Positions 1 to 11,741 of a DNA stretch of 64,000 nucleotides are shown one piece after another. Location: the NCBI GenBank assembly GCA_964016885.1, contig OZ024743.1:172174001-172238000 (forward strand). Reading direction: 5' to 3'. The first letter of the stretch is position 1; each line of letters begins with the position of its first letter. The DNA is from Eledone cirrhosa. Its lineage: Eukaryota. Under the pieces are notes generated by a model. It worked only from the letters and a program-made list of their open reading frames with translations. It had not been told where the DNA came from and did no database searches. Position numbers and translations under genes: made by a program.

Positions 1-3000
1 TAATTCTCAAAAACATTATCATCACAAACAAAATAAACATTACTGACTTAAATCATCTCTATTATGCATCGGCTAAAGTCACCACTCACTTATGTGGAGT
101 GAAGATGAAAAAACAAAGGAATTCCCACAAGAAATCTACTTGGCAAGATAACATCAATCGCCAAATAAACCTTCTCCGATCTGACATAGAAATTTTAACA
201 AACTATAAAGTAGGTGAACATGTTAAACAAACTAAACTTAGAAAATTGAAAAAAAAGTACAGTATAAGATCAACATGTGACATAGACATGCTGATAGAAA
301 CAATCAAGCAAAAAGTGTCGGCCAAAGCTGCTCGTATAAGGCGCTTTGAAAAACGATCTAGATTCTATAAGGACAATAATATGTTCAAAAACAACCAAAG
401 AAACTTCTACAGAAAAATTGTCAACAATAACTGCTAAATCAATACCACCCAAGGAGGAAGTGCAAGAATTCTGGGAAAAGATCTGGGCCGAAGAAAAAGT
501 TCATAACATACATGCCCCATGGATAGACAGACAAATGAAAGAAACAGCTCACCTTGAAGAACAAACATGGGAAAATATAACAGTTGAACAGCTGCGCTTG
601 GCTCTAAGAAAAACCAGCAAATGGAAATCCCCAGGAAAAGACAAAATACAAAACTTTTGGATAAATGCCTTCACAGAGTCTCATGAGCTGTTAGCCCAAC
701 TTTACAATGAAATAGTTAAGGAGCCAGAAAAGATACCATCATGGCTAGTTAACGGCATTACATTCCTGCTACCGAAGAATGATGAGACAAACAATCCCAA
801 AAATTACAGACCGATAACCTGCTTGACCACAATGTATAAAATTTTAACATCAGTCCTAACTGAATACACATATGACCACCTGATAACAAATGACCTATTT
901 CCCATTGAGCAGAAAGGGTGTAAACGAGGCTCATATGGCTGTAAGGATCAGTTCTGGTTAACAAAATGATACTGGAAGATTGTCATAATAGACACAAAAA
1001 TCTATCGATTGCTTGGATAGATTATAAAAAAGCATTTGATAGTTTGCCACACAGTTGGATTGAAAGATGTTTAGAGATTTTCAAAATATCCCCCGTTGTC
1101 AGGAGGTTTTTGTCATTCAGTATGAGGACATGGAGAACGACACTCCTTTTGAATAGTGAAACAAAATCACTGGAAGCTGGAGAAGTTAACATTAATTGTG
1201 GAATTTTTCAGGGTGACTCTTTATCACCGCTTTTATTCTGCATCGCACTTATACCATTAAGTAAAATGCTCAATGAAACAAAACATGGATATAGAGTCTA
1301 TGACAAAACCATTAATCACCTGTTCTACATGGATGACCTGAAACTATTCGCAAAAAATGATGAACAATTGCAAGGGCTATTATCCACTGTGAAGCAGTTC
1401 AGTGATGACATTAAAATGGAGTTTGGACTGGATAAATGCGCCAAAGCAACGTTCACCAGAGGAAAGCTGCTGAAGAGTTCAGACATTAATCTTGATCGGG
1501 GGAACGTGATAAGAGAGCTTGATCAAGAACAAACTTACAAATATCTAGGTGTTTGTGAAGGAGACGGAATCAAGCACTCGACAATGAGGGAAAGGATAAG
1601 GAAGGAATGTTACCGCAGAGTCAGAGCAATCTTAAGAACGGAATTGAATGCAAGGAATAGGATCGATGCCATAAACACGCTTGCCATACCAGTAGTAACC
1701 TACAGTTACAATGTCATCAACTGGTCAAGCACAGAGATCCGTAGGCTCGATACAAAAATCCGAAAATTCTTAACCATGCACAGAATGCATCACCCTAAGG
1801 CAGACATAGATAGAATATATCTCCCTAGGAAAGAAGGAGGACGTGGGTTAATCCAGTTAGACATTGCGTTGAAAACTGCAACAATTGGATTATCCACATA
1901 TCTAAGGGAATCACATGATTGGATGATCAAACTCGTTTTGAAACACGAAAGCACCAAAAGATCATATTCCATTACAAAAGATGCACAAAGATACAGTAAT
2001 GGACTACAAATTTCAGAAGTCCCATTTACTGCTGAAATGGAAAACACAGAAAAAGCAAAGCAGGTAAAAGTAACTGCAAAGAAAGAACTGCTACAGAAAC
2101 TGGCTAAGAAATGGCAAGAAAAGCCTCTGTATGGAAAATACCCAGAGCGAGCTAACAATCCTGATGTTGACAAAACTTTAACCCATCAGTGGTTGGCATC
2201 CTCTGGACTGAAATCGGAGACTGAAGGACTGATTATATCCGCACAAGATCAGTGTCTGCCAACAAAAAATTACCAAGCCAACATAATAAAAAATGGGTGC
2301 AGCCCATTATGCCGTGTATGCAAAAAACAACCAGAGACCATTGACCATATAATTTCAATGTGCAGTCCTATAGCTCCAACCGAATACCTAAACAGGCATG
2401 ACAGAGCTGCACAATACATACATTGGATAATGTGTAAGCATTTTGACCTGCCCCATCAAAAGAATTGGTGGGAGCATCAACCACCTCCCATACTTGAAAA
2501 AGATCACATCTCAATCTTGTGGAACTTTAGCATCCAAACAGACCGAAAAATAGATGCAAATAGACCTGATATAATGTTGAAGGACTTTCAAAGGAGAGTA
2601 TGCCTGCTAATTGATATGTCTGTTCCAATAGACAAGAATGTATCTATAAAAACATTTGAAAAATTGAGCAAGTATAAGGACCTGGAGATAGAAATTGGAA
2701 AAATGTGGAAATTGAGAACTAAAACAATACCAGTGGTTGTAGGCGCTCTGGGAATGATACCTAAGGGGTCTAACGACTACTTATCGCAAATCCCAGGAAA
2801 CCCGCGTATAGGAGAAATACAAAAGATAGTACTAATGGGAACTGCCCATATACTAAGGAAGATCCTGTCAATATAAGTACATCACAAGTCTAAACACTAA
2901 GGATGCATGTGTGAATATGTGTGTTCTTTCTTGAACATGGCGGACCTTGTTGTCTCTTGAGGTCACTGGTTGTGACTTGGTGATAACTCGTATAAACATA

Positions 3001-3016
3001 AAGCAAGATAAATGCA
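1..3016 (+). mobile_element. R4/Dong-clade non-LTR retrotransposon, family A copy A1 (starts before the window)
   Basis: RT motifs ([27 protein letters not shown]), CCHC (CRVC..HIISMC), RLE motifs (RHD, RPD, KLSKY), ~140 nt 3' UTR ending in (AAT)9. Confidence 0.92.
99..2876 (+). pseudogene. Dong-A RT-RLE polyprotein with two frameshifts (ORFs 99-437, 346-969, 966-2876)
   Basis: Relative to copy A4, 4 nt are missing at ~420 and 1 nt at ~952; otherwise near-identical. Confidence 0.88.
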
Positions 3017-3043
3017 AATAATAATAATAATAATAATAATAAT
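3017..3043 (+). repeat. (AAT)9 tail/target spacer
   Basis: Read directly from sequence. Confidence 0.98.
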
Positions 3044-4814
3044 ATACCATTAAGTAAAATGCTCAATGAAACAAAACATGGATATAAAGTCTATGACAAA
3101 ACCATTAATCACCTGTTCTACATGGATGACCTGAAACTATTTGCAAGAAATGATGAACAATTGCAAGGGCTATTATCCACTGTGGAGCAGTTCAGTGATG
3201 ACATTAAAATGGAGTTTGGACTAGATAAATGCGCCAAAGCAACGTTCACGAGAGCAAAGCTGCTGAAGAGTTCAGACATTAATCTTGATCGGGGGAATGT
3301 GATAAGAGAACTTGATCAAGAAAAAACTTACAAATATCTAGGTGTTTGTGAAGGAGACGGAATCAAGCACTCGACAATGAGGGAAAGGATAAGGAAGGAA
3401 TGTTACCACAGAGTAAGAGCAATCTTAAGAACGGAATTGAATGCAAGGAATAGGATCGATGCCATAAACACGCTTGCCATACCAGTAGTAACCTACAGTT
3501 ACAATGTCATCAACTGGTCAAGCACAGAGATCCGTAGGCTCGATACAAAAATTCGAAAATTCTTAACCATGCACAGAATGCATCACCCTAAGGCAGATAT
3601 AGATAGAATATATCTCCCTAGGAAAGAAGGAGGACGTGGGTTAATCCAGTTAGACATTGCGTTGAAAACTGCAACAATTGGATTATCTACATATCTAAGG
3701 GAATCACATGATTGGATGATCAAACTCGTTTTGAAACACGAAAGCATCAAAAGATCATATTCCATTACAAAAGATGCACAAAGATACAGTAATGGACTAC
3801 AAATTTCAGAAGTACCATTTACTACTGAAATGGAAAACACAGAAAAAGCAAAGCAGGTAAAAGTAACTGCAAAGAAAGAACTGCTACAGAAACTGGCTAA
3901 GAAATGGCAAGAAAAGCCTCTGTATGGAAAATACCCAGAGCGAGCTAACAATCCTGATGTTGACAAAACTTTAACCCATCAGTGGTTGGCATCCTCTGGA
4001 CTGAAATCGGAGACTGAAGGACTGATTATATCAGCACAAGATCAGTGTTTGCCAACAAAAAATTACCAAGCCAACATAATAAAAAATGGATGCAGCCCAT
4101 TATGCCGTGTATGCAAAAAAGAACCAGAGATCATTGACCATATAATTTCAATGTGCAGTCCTATAGCTCCAACCGACTACCTGAACAGGCATGACAGAGC
4201 TGCACAATACATACATTGGATAATGTGTAAGCATTTTGACCTGCCCCATCAAAAGAATTGGTGGGAGCATCAACTACCTCCCATACTTGATAAAGATCAC
4301 ATCTCAATCTTGTGGAACTTTAGCATCCAAACAGACCGAAAAATAGATGCAAATAGACCTGATATAATATTGAAGGACTTTAAAAAGAGGGTATGCCTGC
4401 TAATTGATATGTCTGTTCCAATAGACAAGAATGTATCTATAAAAACATTTGAAAAATTGAGCAAGTATAAGGACCTGGAGATAGAAATTGGAAAAATGTG
4501 GAAATTGAGAACTAAAACAATACCAGTGGTTGTAGGCGCTCTGGGAATTATACCTAAGGGGTCTAATGATTACTTATCGCAGATCCCAGGAAACCCGCGT
4601 ATAGGAGAAATACAAAAGATAGTTCTAATGGGAACTGCCCATATACTAAGGAAGAGTCTGTCAATATAAGTACATCACAAGTCTAAACACTAAAGATGCA
4701 TGTGTGAATATGTATGTTCTGCCTTGAACATGGCGGACCTTGTTGTCTCTTGAGGTTACTGGTTGTGACTTGGTGATAACTAGTATGAACATAAAGCAAG
4801 ATAAATGCAACTGT
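3044..4814 (+). mobile_element. Dong-A copy A2, 5'-truncated
   Basis: Begins mid-RT directly after (AAT)n; same 3' UTR as A1, ending gcaactgt. Confidence 0.92.
3059..4669 (+). CDS. Truncated Dong-A ORF (C-terminal RT, CCHC, RLE), 536 aa
   Basis: FYMDD, CRVC..H..C, RPD motifs; open frame. Confidence 0.8.
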   Translation: MLNETKHGYKVYDKTINHLFYMDDLKLFARNDEQLQGLLSTVEQFSDDIKMEFGLDKCAKATFTRAKLLKSSDINLDRGNVIRELDQEKTYKYLGVCEGDGIKHSTMRERIRKECYHRVRAILRTELNARNRIDAINTLAIPVVTYSYNVINWSSTEIRRLDTKIRKFLTMHRMHHPKADIDRIYLPRKEGGRGLIQLDIALKTATIGLSTYLRESHDWMIKLVLKHESIKRSYSITKDAQRYSNGLQISEVPFTTEMENTEKAKQVKVTAKKELLQKLAKKWQEKPLYGKYPERANNPDVDKTLTHQWLASSGLKSETEGLIISAQDQCLPTKNYQANIIKNGCSPLCRVCKKEPEIIDHIISMCSPIAPTDYLNRHDRAAQYIHWIMCKHFDLPHQKNWWEHQLPPILDKDHISILWNFSIQTDRKIDANRPDIILKDFKKRVCLLIDMSVPIDKNVSIKTFEKLSKYKDLEIEIGKMWKLRTKTIPVVVGALGIIPKGSNDYLSQIPGNPRIGEIQKIVLMGTAHILRKSLSI

Positions 4815-4820
4815 AATAAC

Positions 4821-4874
<54 letters not shown>
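4815..4874 (+). repeat. (AAT)20 spacer between tail-to-tail A2 and T1
   Basis: Read directly; one AAC unit. Confidence 0.98.
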
Positions 4875-4876
<2 letters not shown>

Positions 4877-5137
4877 TTTCTTTATTAACCACAAGGGTTT
4901 ACATAAAGTAGACATTAAGGACAGTGCAGGACATTGCAGGACGGTACAAATGGGCATTTCTGCGTGTAAAAAAAACAAAAACAGAGGAAGTAACAAAAAT
5001 AACAATGAAAATAACAATGAAAAATTCCCCAATAGGGGGGAGACTTCGGAGGGACATTTGTGGAGAAAGCCCAGTAAAAAGCCACAATGACCCTGACCAC
5101 CAAGGCAAGTGCCCTCTCCCAGTTTTCCACCTTTAGT

Positions 5138-8100
5138 TTACAGATATATACTCAGAGTCGGCCCATTCACTCGGGCCATTCTTGCTTCTCTCACCCATCT
5201 TTCAACAAAATGCTGGGAAGAGAGCACTTCCTTCTCTACTCTGATTTTCCTTTTCAAATGAAATTTGAAAAAGTCAATCAGAGCATCACCGAAGAGGTAA
5301 GTGCTCGTCTTCAGCCCTTTCAAACGTGTCCACCATACTATCTCTTTCGCCATGGCCACCAGACAGATAAAAACTGCCTGCCCTTCCCGGCTAAAGGAGG
5401 AGGGCGGGGCAATCCTCACGATAGACTCAGATGATAGCTGGATCCGTCCTAAACGCGACAGCAGGTGTTCGACATAAACCCACAAGTCAGCAATTTTCGG
5501 ACACTGGACGAGTGCGTGCAGGACGGTTTCGTCGCCCAGCGCGCATCTCGGACATGCCCGGCTGACGGCACCTCCATGCCTGTAGAGTTTATCCCGAACT
5601 GGCAAGGCTCCTCGGTAGCACTGCCAGGCCAGAGATTTCTGGAAGTTGTCCATAGGCCCTGGCCCGAAAGTTCTTCCGAAGAGATTGGCTAGTTGATTTT
5701 CGTCGACGCCTAGAGTTTCCCCAAGTACGTCGTCGCTCTTCTCCTCCACTAATCCTCTATAGAACGCCGAGGTGGAGTTTCCACCGATCACATTGCCCGA
5801 TTGGTCGAGGGCTGTGAGCGCCTGAAGACATTCCAGTCTCCAGGCGCTCCCTCTCGGTCTTCGCTTGACCCAGGACTGCAGCTCCGTCAAGGAAACGAGC
5901 TGGGGAAAAACGCGTCTAGCAAACGGCGACCACACCTGATCACCGTCGAGGAAGAGGTGGAGATGTCGTAGCCTGAGCGCGTGCCTGCGCATCATCAGCC
6001 ACGGCATGCCCAGCCCTCCACGTAGCGGGTGTTGACAACAGATGGACCGCCTGACCATCGGAGCACGTCCCTTCCACAAAAAGCGAAAGAGCAAACGCTC
6101 CAGCGCAGTCAGGCGAGGCTTAGGACAAGGTACGACGGTTAGGCGGTAGCAGATGACAGACGCGATGTACGCGTTAGCCACCTCCGCTCGACCTTTCAGG
6201 GATAGCTTCCTCTCCGCCCATTTCTGGGTGAGAGAAGCCACCCTGCTCGTCACCTCGTCCCAGTTTTTGTCCGTCTGGAGGTCCGGACCGAACCAGACCC
6301 CTAGCAATTTAACCGGTCCGTCCGTCCAGCGCCCGACGACGCTGTTGGACGGCATGGACCTGCCTCTCCAGGTGCCGAGCTGCAGGCCCACTGACTTTTC
6401 CTGGTTGATCATTGCTCCTGTCACCGCTTCGTATTCTCTTAGTGTAGTGCCGATCGCCTCGATGTGTTTGGCGTTCGACACCACTACGGTGACATCGTCC
6501 GCATATGCTGACACGGATCTTCCGCATCCTAGTTCGCGCGGGACTCCCCTCAACGTCTCCAGTTTGTGCAGTAATGGCTCGAGCGTCAATACGTACAAGA
6601 GGGACGAGAGGGGACATCCTTGGCGGACCGAGCGCATGATGTTGAACGGTTCCGACAGGTGACCGTTCACTCTCACCACAGAGCAGATGTCGCTGTGCAT
6701 GGCAGCGATCCAGCCTCTGAAGACGGGCCCAAAGCCAGCCGCCCTCAGGACTGCCGCTAGGTAACGATGGTCGACCCTATCGAAAGCTTTCGACTGATCT
6801 AAATTGATCAAGGACCCACCCGTGCCAGGTTCCCTAGCTACCCTCTCTACGATGTATCGCATGAGGTGGAGGTTGTCGTGGATGGATCTGTCGGGAATGG
6901 CGCATGTCTGCGCCTCTCCCACCAGACCACCAACGACAAGCGCCAACCTCTTTGCTAGCACCTTGGCCAAAATCTTAAACTCTGTGTTTAGCAGAGTTAT
7001 GGGCCGGAAATTTTCTATGTTATCCCCCTTGTTCGGATCCTTTCTCAGCAGTGCCACCGCTCCTCGGCTCACAGAACTGGGAATTCTCCCGTTCTGTTGC
7101 CAGTTGCAGTAGACGTCCGCCAAGAGGCCTCCGAACAAGTCTGGCATCTGTACGTAAAGTTCATAGGGCAGACCATCCAAACCAGGCGATTTACCCCTTG
7201 TGCAGCCAGTCATTGCCTCCCTTACTTCAGCGGCTGTTATCGGCTTTTCGCAACACTTCGCCTCAGTGGCCGAGAGCCGCGGCAGTCCGTCGAGGTAGAC
7301 ACTAAAGTCCATCCCTCTACCCGGCCCACCGCTGCCCCCGAACAGCTGAGCGAAGTGTCGCTGAAAAGCTTCACACATTTGCCCGGGATCGAGTAGCATG
7401 CGCCCGTCGTGGTCCACCAAAGACCGGATCGTGGCTTTGTTGCCACGACGCGCCTCCGCCACTCGGGCCCATTGCACGGCTTTCATCCCCTCGTGTCTGA
7501 GAGCACGCACCCTTGCTCTGACAACGCAGCCTTCGTGCTTTGCATTGAAGAATTGGTCAAGGGCCAATTTCGCCGCAAGCACGTCGGTCGCAATGCCTTT
7601 GCTAAGCGCCTCGTCTAATTTTCTAACTAGTTCTCCCTCTGCTCTATTTTTCTCTATTGCTAAAGCCTTACTAAACCTAATCGATTCTATTCTAATCGCT
7701 CTTTTCAGAGCAAACCACCACTTGTTGTTGACGATGGCCCCCGTCAACGCCCGCTTAACTAGTTCGCTAATCTGGTCTCTGTAGGCCTTGCGCGCTGGTA
7801 AGGACGCGTTTAGCTTCCAGTAGCCGGGTCCTCGTCTATGAAGCCTATCTAAGTCAAGCACACAGATCACGAATTTGTGGTCCGTGTAGCTGACTATCTT
7901 GAATTGTGGACAGCCTATGCTAGACCTATCTATTTCCCTACAAAATACTCTATCTAGATATGATCTGGATGACCCTATGCGGTTTGTCCAAGTCCACATT
8001 GGCACATTCGGGAAATCCAATCGGTACCTGTCAGACAGTTCAAAACGCCTGAGCAGGTTGGTGAGGCTCTTGCACCCTCCACCCCTATCCGCTAATCCCA

Positions 8101-8557
8101 CACAGTCCCAGCGTGCATCTAAGATCCCGTTCCAGTCGCCCACTAACACTAAAGAGCGGGACGTTCCAAGAAAGGTCTCCAGACGCCGGAATAAATCAGG
8201 CCGCCCTGCTCCTGTCGGGGCATAGACGGCCACTAGCCTGAAAGCTTGCCCGTCTCCGCTGGTCACGTCCAGCACCACCAGCTTACCCTCTGGGTCCAGG
8301 AAGATGGCCCGTATGGCGAGATCCAAACCTCTCCGAAAAAGCACAGCAACTCCTCCACCGGATCCAGGACGGCTGGGAGATGCGTACACATCGAAGCCGC
8401 CGAAGATCGGTGCGAAGGCCCGTGCTTCGGAGATTCTGGTCTCGCTGATGGCCACTACATCTATGTTTAGTGACCTGAGGTCGTTGAGCAGGTGACCCTG
8501 CTTCCATGACGACCCCAAGCCACGCGCATTTATGCTGCCTATTCTGAGTGAGGTCAT
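5138..8557 (-). CDS. Tx1-type ORF2: AP-like endonuclease + reverse transcriptase + zf-RVT, 1139 aa
   Basis: APE motifs SINARGL, ISET, GDWN, SYLDR, TDH; RT motifs KSPGLDG, QGCPLS, YADD; CPRC..ETVLHALVQC. Confidence 0.95.
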   Translation of the reverse strand: MTSLRIGSINARGLGSSWKQGHLLNDLRSLNIDVVAISETRISEARAFAPIFGGFDVYASPSRPGSGGGVAVLFRRGLDLAIRAIFLDPEGKLVVLDVTSGDGQAFRLVAVYAPTGAGRPDLFRRLETFLGTSRSLVLVGDWNGILDARWDCVGLADRGGGCKSLTNLLRRFELSDRYRLDFPNVPMWTWTNRIGSSRSYLDRVFCREIDRSSIGCPQFKIVSYTDHKFVICVLDLDRLHRRGPGYWKLNASLPARKAYRDQISELVKRALTGAIVNNKWWFALKRAIRIESIRFSKALAIEKNRAEGELVRKLDEALSKGIATDVLAAKLALDQFFNAKHEGCVVRARVRALRHEGMKAVQWARVAEARRGNKATIRSLVDHDGRMLLDPGQMCEAFQRHFAQLFGGSGGPGRGMDFSVYLDGLPRLSATEAKCCEKPITAAEVREAMTGCTRGKSPGLDGLPYELYVQMPDLFGGLLADVYCNWQQNGRIPSSVSRGAVALLRKDPNKGDNIENFRPITLLNTEFKILAKVLAKRLALVVGGLVGEAQTCAIPDRSIHDNLHLMRYIVERVAREPGTGGSLINLDQSKAFDRVDHRYLAAVLRAAGFGPVFRGWIAAMHSDICSVVRVNGHLSEPFNIMRSVRQGCPLSSLLYVLTLEPLLHKLETLRGVPRELGCGRSVSAYADDVTVVVSNAKHIEAIGTTLREYEAVTGAMINQEKSVGLQLGTWRGRSMPSNSVVGRWTDGPVKLLGVWFGPDLQTDKNWDEVTSRVASLTQKWAERKLSLKGRAEVANAYIASVICYRLTVVPCPKPRLTALERLLFRFLWKGRAPMVRRSICCQHPLRGGLGMPWLMMRRHALRLRHLHLFLDGDQVWSPFARRVFPQLVSLTELQSWVKRRPRGSAWRLECLQALTALDQSGNVIGGNSTSAFYRGLVEEKSDDVLGETLGVDENQLANLFGRTFGPGPMDNFQKSLAWQCYRGALPVRDKLYRHGGAVSRACPRCALGDETVLHALVQCPKIADLWVYVEHLLSRLGRIQLSSESIVRIAPPSSFSREGQAVFICLVAMAKEIVWWTRLKGLKTSTYLFGDALIDFFKFHLKRKIRVEKEVLSSQHFVERWVREARMARVNGPTLSIYL

Positions 8558-8592
8558 GTTTAAAATAGAGTGGAAAAGATGGGAAAGACCAC

Positions 8593-10689
8593 TTACCGTA
8601 CTTTTGGTAGAGGAGGGATGGTTTTTACATCCCTTTTCACTTGATCGTCTGGTGAAGGGACCGTTGAATCGTCCCTTCGGCTGGTCGTCGGCTCTTCTAA
8701 GAGAATGTCTGAGTATACTCTTCGATTGATGGTTCCTCCTAGGTCCCTGAAATCACCAACTGCGTTGGGGAATTTCGTTTTAATATTTGTGTATTGTTTC
8801 TGTGCTATTTTTAGCAGTCTTATGTTAGTTGGCGTTTTGATTGGTGCTGGTATTATGTAGTCCTGTTGTGAAATGTCTGTGTGTTCAATTATGTAAGTCA
8901 TTAGTTTCTTGTTGTGTGTATTTATTGCCGTGCATTTGTTTTTCTGGGGGTGGGGTGTGGTTCTGCTATTTTCTTGTCGTTGTTGCTGGGTGTGTGTGTT
9001 TTGTTGTTGTGTTTGCGATGTTGGTGCTTGTGGTGGTGGTGTTGAAGGTGTTGTTGGCGGTGGGGTTGTCGCCGGTGGTGATGGTGGCGCTAGTGTGGGT
9101 GGTGATGGTGTTGGTGTTGTTGCTGCTGTGGGTCTCTTTGCAGTAGACTTTACCCTTTTCTCATTTCTTTCCTCCCTTTTCAAAGGCGACGATGCGCTGC
9201 TTCTGCGTTTGTGCCTTCTTGCGACCTTTTGCCATCCCTCTCCCACCTCACACTCCATGTCTGATTCTGTAAGGTCGGGGAGGGGTACCAGCTCCACTCT
9301 TTCACTTGTTGTTGTTGGTGATGTTTGCACTGGAGTCTCTGTTGCAGCTGCATTTGGTATTGCTGTTGTTGTTGTTAATATTTCCACTGCTGCTGCTGTC
9401 TTTGATTTCCGTGGAGTGGGTATGGGTGCCACGGACCTATCGTTCCTGGTTGCCGCTTGTCCTGTTGCTGGTAGCCGTGGAGCCGGATTCGGAAGGAGGG
9501 GGGTTTTCTCCTTTCTCAGGGTCTTCTCGTTGCAGAAGGCCCTGAGGTGAGTCTTCGATCCACAGCGAAAGCATTTCGGGCGTTTGCCCTCAACACTTAT
9601 GGGCAGTTGAGTGCCGTTATCGAAGTCTATCACATCCGGGATAGCTTCGATGCACTCCTGGTTGGTTTGGATTAGCATCTCAATGGAGGAGCCGACCCAA
9701 TCTTCTCTTACTTTTTTCTGTACTTGCAGTACAGTTGTTTTGTCCTCGATTCCGACGAGGACAGACGCGGCCAGCCAAGAAGGGGTCATTCCGGGGGGGA
9801 CGTGGGTCAGTTTGACCCTCACAATTTTTTGCCCGCAATAGGAGGGCACCAACACCATTTCCTCGCTCCTTAGGGTCACTACTGATTGGGCCTTTGCCTC
9901 CTGGGGTGTGGCAAAAAGTACGTCTACGGTGGCGTATTTTTTGCCTCGGGTGATGTGCGTTTTCCTCTGCCACACAGACCCCAAGGCTTTTTGTATTTGG
10001 GCCTCTGTGGCTCTTTCCACCCTACGGGATTTTGTACTTATTGTACGGTACGTGACCGTACAGTGCTCTTGGGTTTCGAAAAAATTTTTCGCTGCCTTGC
10101 AGATTGCTCGGTGTCCGTTCTTTGTCACCATCTTCTTCGCTTCCTCTAATTCCTCATTTGTTATGAGGATTGTTTCCAAGTTTTTCGCAATACCTGCAAA
10201 TGAGATTGGTTTTTCTCTGCTGTTGTTGTTGTCGTCAGAGCTGCTGGTACTTTTGTTGTTGCTGCAGGTACTACGACTACTGCCTCCGCCGCTGTTGCTG
10301 TGGTTGTTGTTGGTGTTGCTGCTGCTAATGCTGTTGTTGTTTATGCTGCTGGTGATGCTGTTGCGGCTGCTACTGTTGTTTTCATTGTCACTGTTGCTGT
10401 TGTTATTACGGCTGCTACTGCTATTATTCCTGACGTCAGACGAATGAACTGGGATTTCGTATTTCCCGCACACCTGTTTCGTCGCTGTCGTCGTCGTCGT
10501 GGAGAAACCTTGCACGCTTTGCACGAGACTTTTCTTTTCTTTCGTCACTTGCGAAAGAGAAGGGAGGGAGAGAGACACATTTAAAGAAGGGAGGGAGAGA
10601 GACAATCTTCTCTCTGCTGTAGTGATGATTGAGGAAGAAGAAGACGGAATGAGTGGGAGTGACGTATGAAATTTTTTTTTCGTAGCCAT
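8593..10689 (-). CDS. Tx1-type ORF1 (nucleic-acid binding, single CCHC zinc knuckle), 698 aa
   Basis: CFRCGSKTHLRAFC; N/S-rich and P/T-rich low-complexity arms; lies upstream of ORF2. Confidence 0.88.
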   Translation of the reverse strand: MATKKKFHTSLPLIPSSSSSIITTAERRLSLSLPSLNVSLSLPSLSQVTKEKKSLVQSVQGFSTTTTTATKQVCGKYEIPVHSSDVRNNSSSSRNNNSNSDNENNSSSRNSITSSINNNSISSSNTNNNHSNSGGGSSRSTCSNNKSTSSSDDNNNSREKPISFAGIAKNLETILITNEELEEAKKMVTKNGHRAICKAAKNFFETQEHCTVTYRTISTKSRRVERATEAQIQKALGSVWQRKTHITRGKKYATVDVLFATPQEAKAQSVVTLRSEEMVLVPSYCGQKIVRVKLTHVPPGMTPSWLAASVLVGIEDKTTVLQVQKKVREDWVGSSIEMLIQTNQECIEAIPDVIDFDNGTQLPISVEGKRPKCFRCGSKTHLRAFCNEKTLRKEKTPLLPNPAPRLPATGQAATRNDRSVAPIPTPRKSKTAAAVEILTTTTAIPNAAATETPVQTSPTTTSERVELVPLPDLTESDMECEVGEGWQKVARRHKRRSSASSPLKREERNEKRVKSTAKRPTAATTPTPSPPTLAPPSPPATTPPPTTPSTPPPQAPTSQTQQQNTHTQQQRQENSRTTPHPQKNKCTAINTHNKKLMTYIIEHTDISQQDYIIPAPIKTPTNIRLLKIAQKQYTNIKTKFPNAVGDFRDLGGTINRRVYSDILLEEPTTSRRDDSTVPSPDDQVKRDVKTIPPLPKVR

Positions 10690-10904
10690 GTTGTTTTTTG
10701 TTTAAAATGAAATTTTGGGTACAAAACCCCAATAACTGGTTATTTAACCCCGAAGGGCCAAATGACGGACAGAAAGACCCCTCTCACGAGGAGGAGGGTG
10801 TCTTTATCAACAATTTGGTTCAAGTTTTAAACAATTTACAATTGTTTTAACGGTTAAAAATTACTATACCTTACAGAGCCGAGCCTCCGTCAACCATGGC
10901 ATTC

Positions 10905-10937
<33 letters not shown>
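10905..10937 (+). repeat. (AAT)11 spacer between head-to-head T1 and B1
   Basis: Read directly. Confidence 0.98.
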
Positions 10938-10938
<1 letters not shown>

Positions 10939-11741
10939 TATTGTTATAAGGCTAAAATATTCAAATATTCAACTTTGTATTGTACAATGTATATCCAAAA
11001 AAAAAAAAAAAAAAATGGCTATAAATGGAAGAAGAAGAACCCCCCCCCCTCCTCTCCTCTGGCTACACTATATAGGACAGCTAAACTCACCAACACCAGA
11101 AACTAGATACACCACCCACCCCATCATCTGTGTACACTAAACACAACAGCCAGATAACGACATTTTCACCTTCACCGCCACCGCTCACTACGGCCATCAT
11201 TACCACCACTATCCCATCACCGCCGCCACTACCCCTTGACTCCTTCACTGCTGCCACCGCTACAGCACCATCACTACAGTAATACGGTCGCATCACCGCC
11301 ACCACTGCCTCGGTATCGACATCACCACCACCACTGTCTCAGTATCGCCAACGCCGCCAGTCTCCCACTTCTCCCTTGGCTGCTACTTCCACATTATAGA
11401 ATTCCTACTACTAACAAAGAGGAAGGCATCAAAATATATAGATAGACTCAAAAGAAAAAAGAAAAAACAAACAACAAAACCAAAGCAGCACAGCAACAAC
11501 AGCAAAAACGAGAAAAACAGAGAAAAACAAAAACAAAAAAAGAAACCCCAAAAACGTAAAGAAAATAAGAATGAAGAGAGAAGCAGGCGGACGGACAGAG
11601 AAGAGGGGGGGGGGGAGTAAAACTTAAAAAACAAAAACTAAGTCAGACATTCGAATACTACATTACAATGAAACTTATGCTTATTCATTTTTGGGGCCCT
11701 TTCTGCCCGTGTGTTTGTTTGTTTATGTGTGTTCGTGTACA

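Larger units (their letters stand above)
4875..10904 (-). mobile_element. Full-length, apparently intact Tx1/L1-clade LINE (T1, ORF1 type 1)
   Basis: 215 nt 5' UTR, ORF1, 35 nt spacer, ORF2, 3' UTR with AATAAA just before an (ATT)n tail; same 5' end as T2; microsatellite on both flanks. Confidence 0.93.

Noticed and set aside
5465-10584. Many short + strand ORFs over T1, and antisense ORFs over the other elements
   Set aside because: Shadow frames of GC-rich or low-complexity coding sequence; they recur only because the elements are repeated
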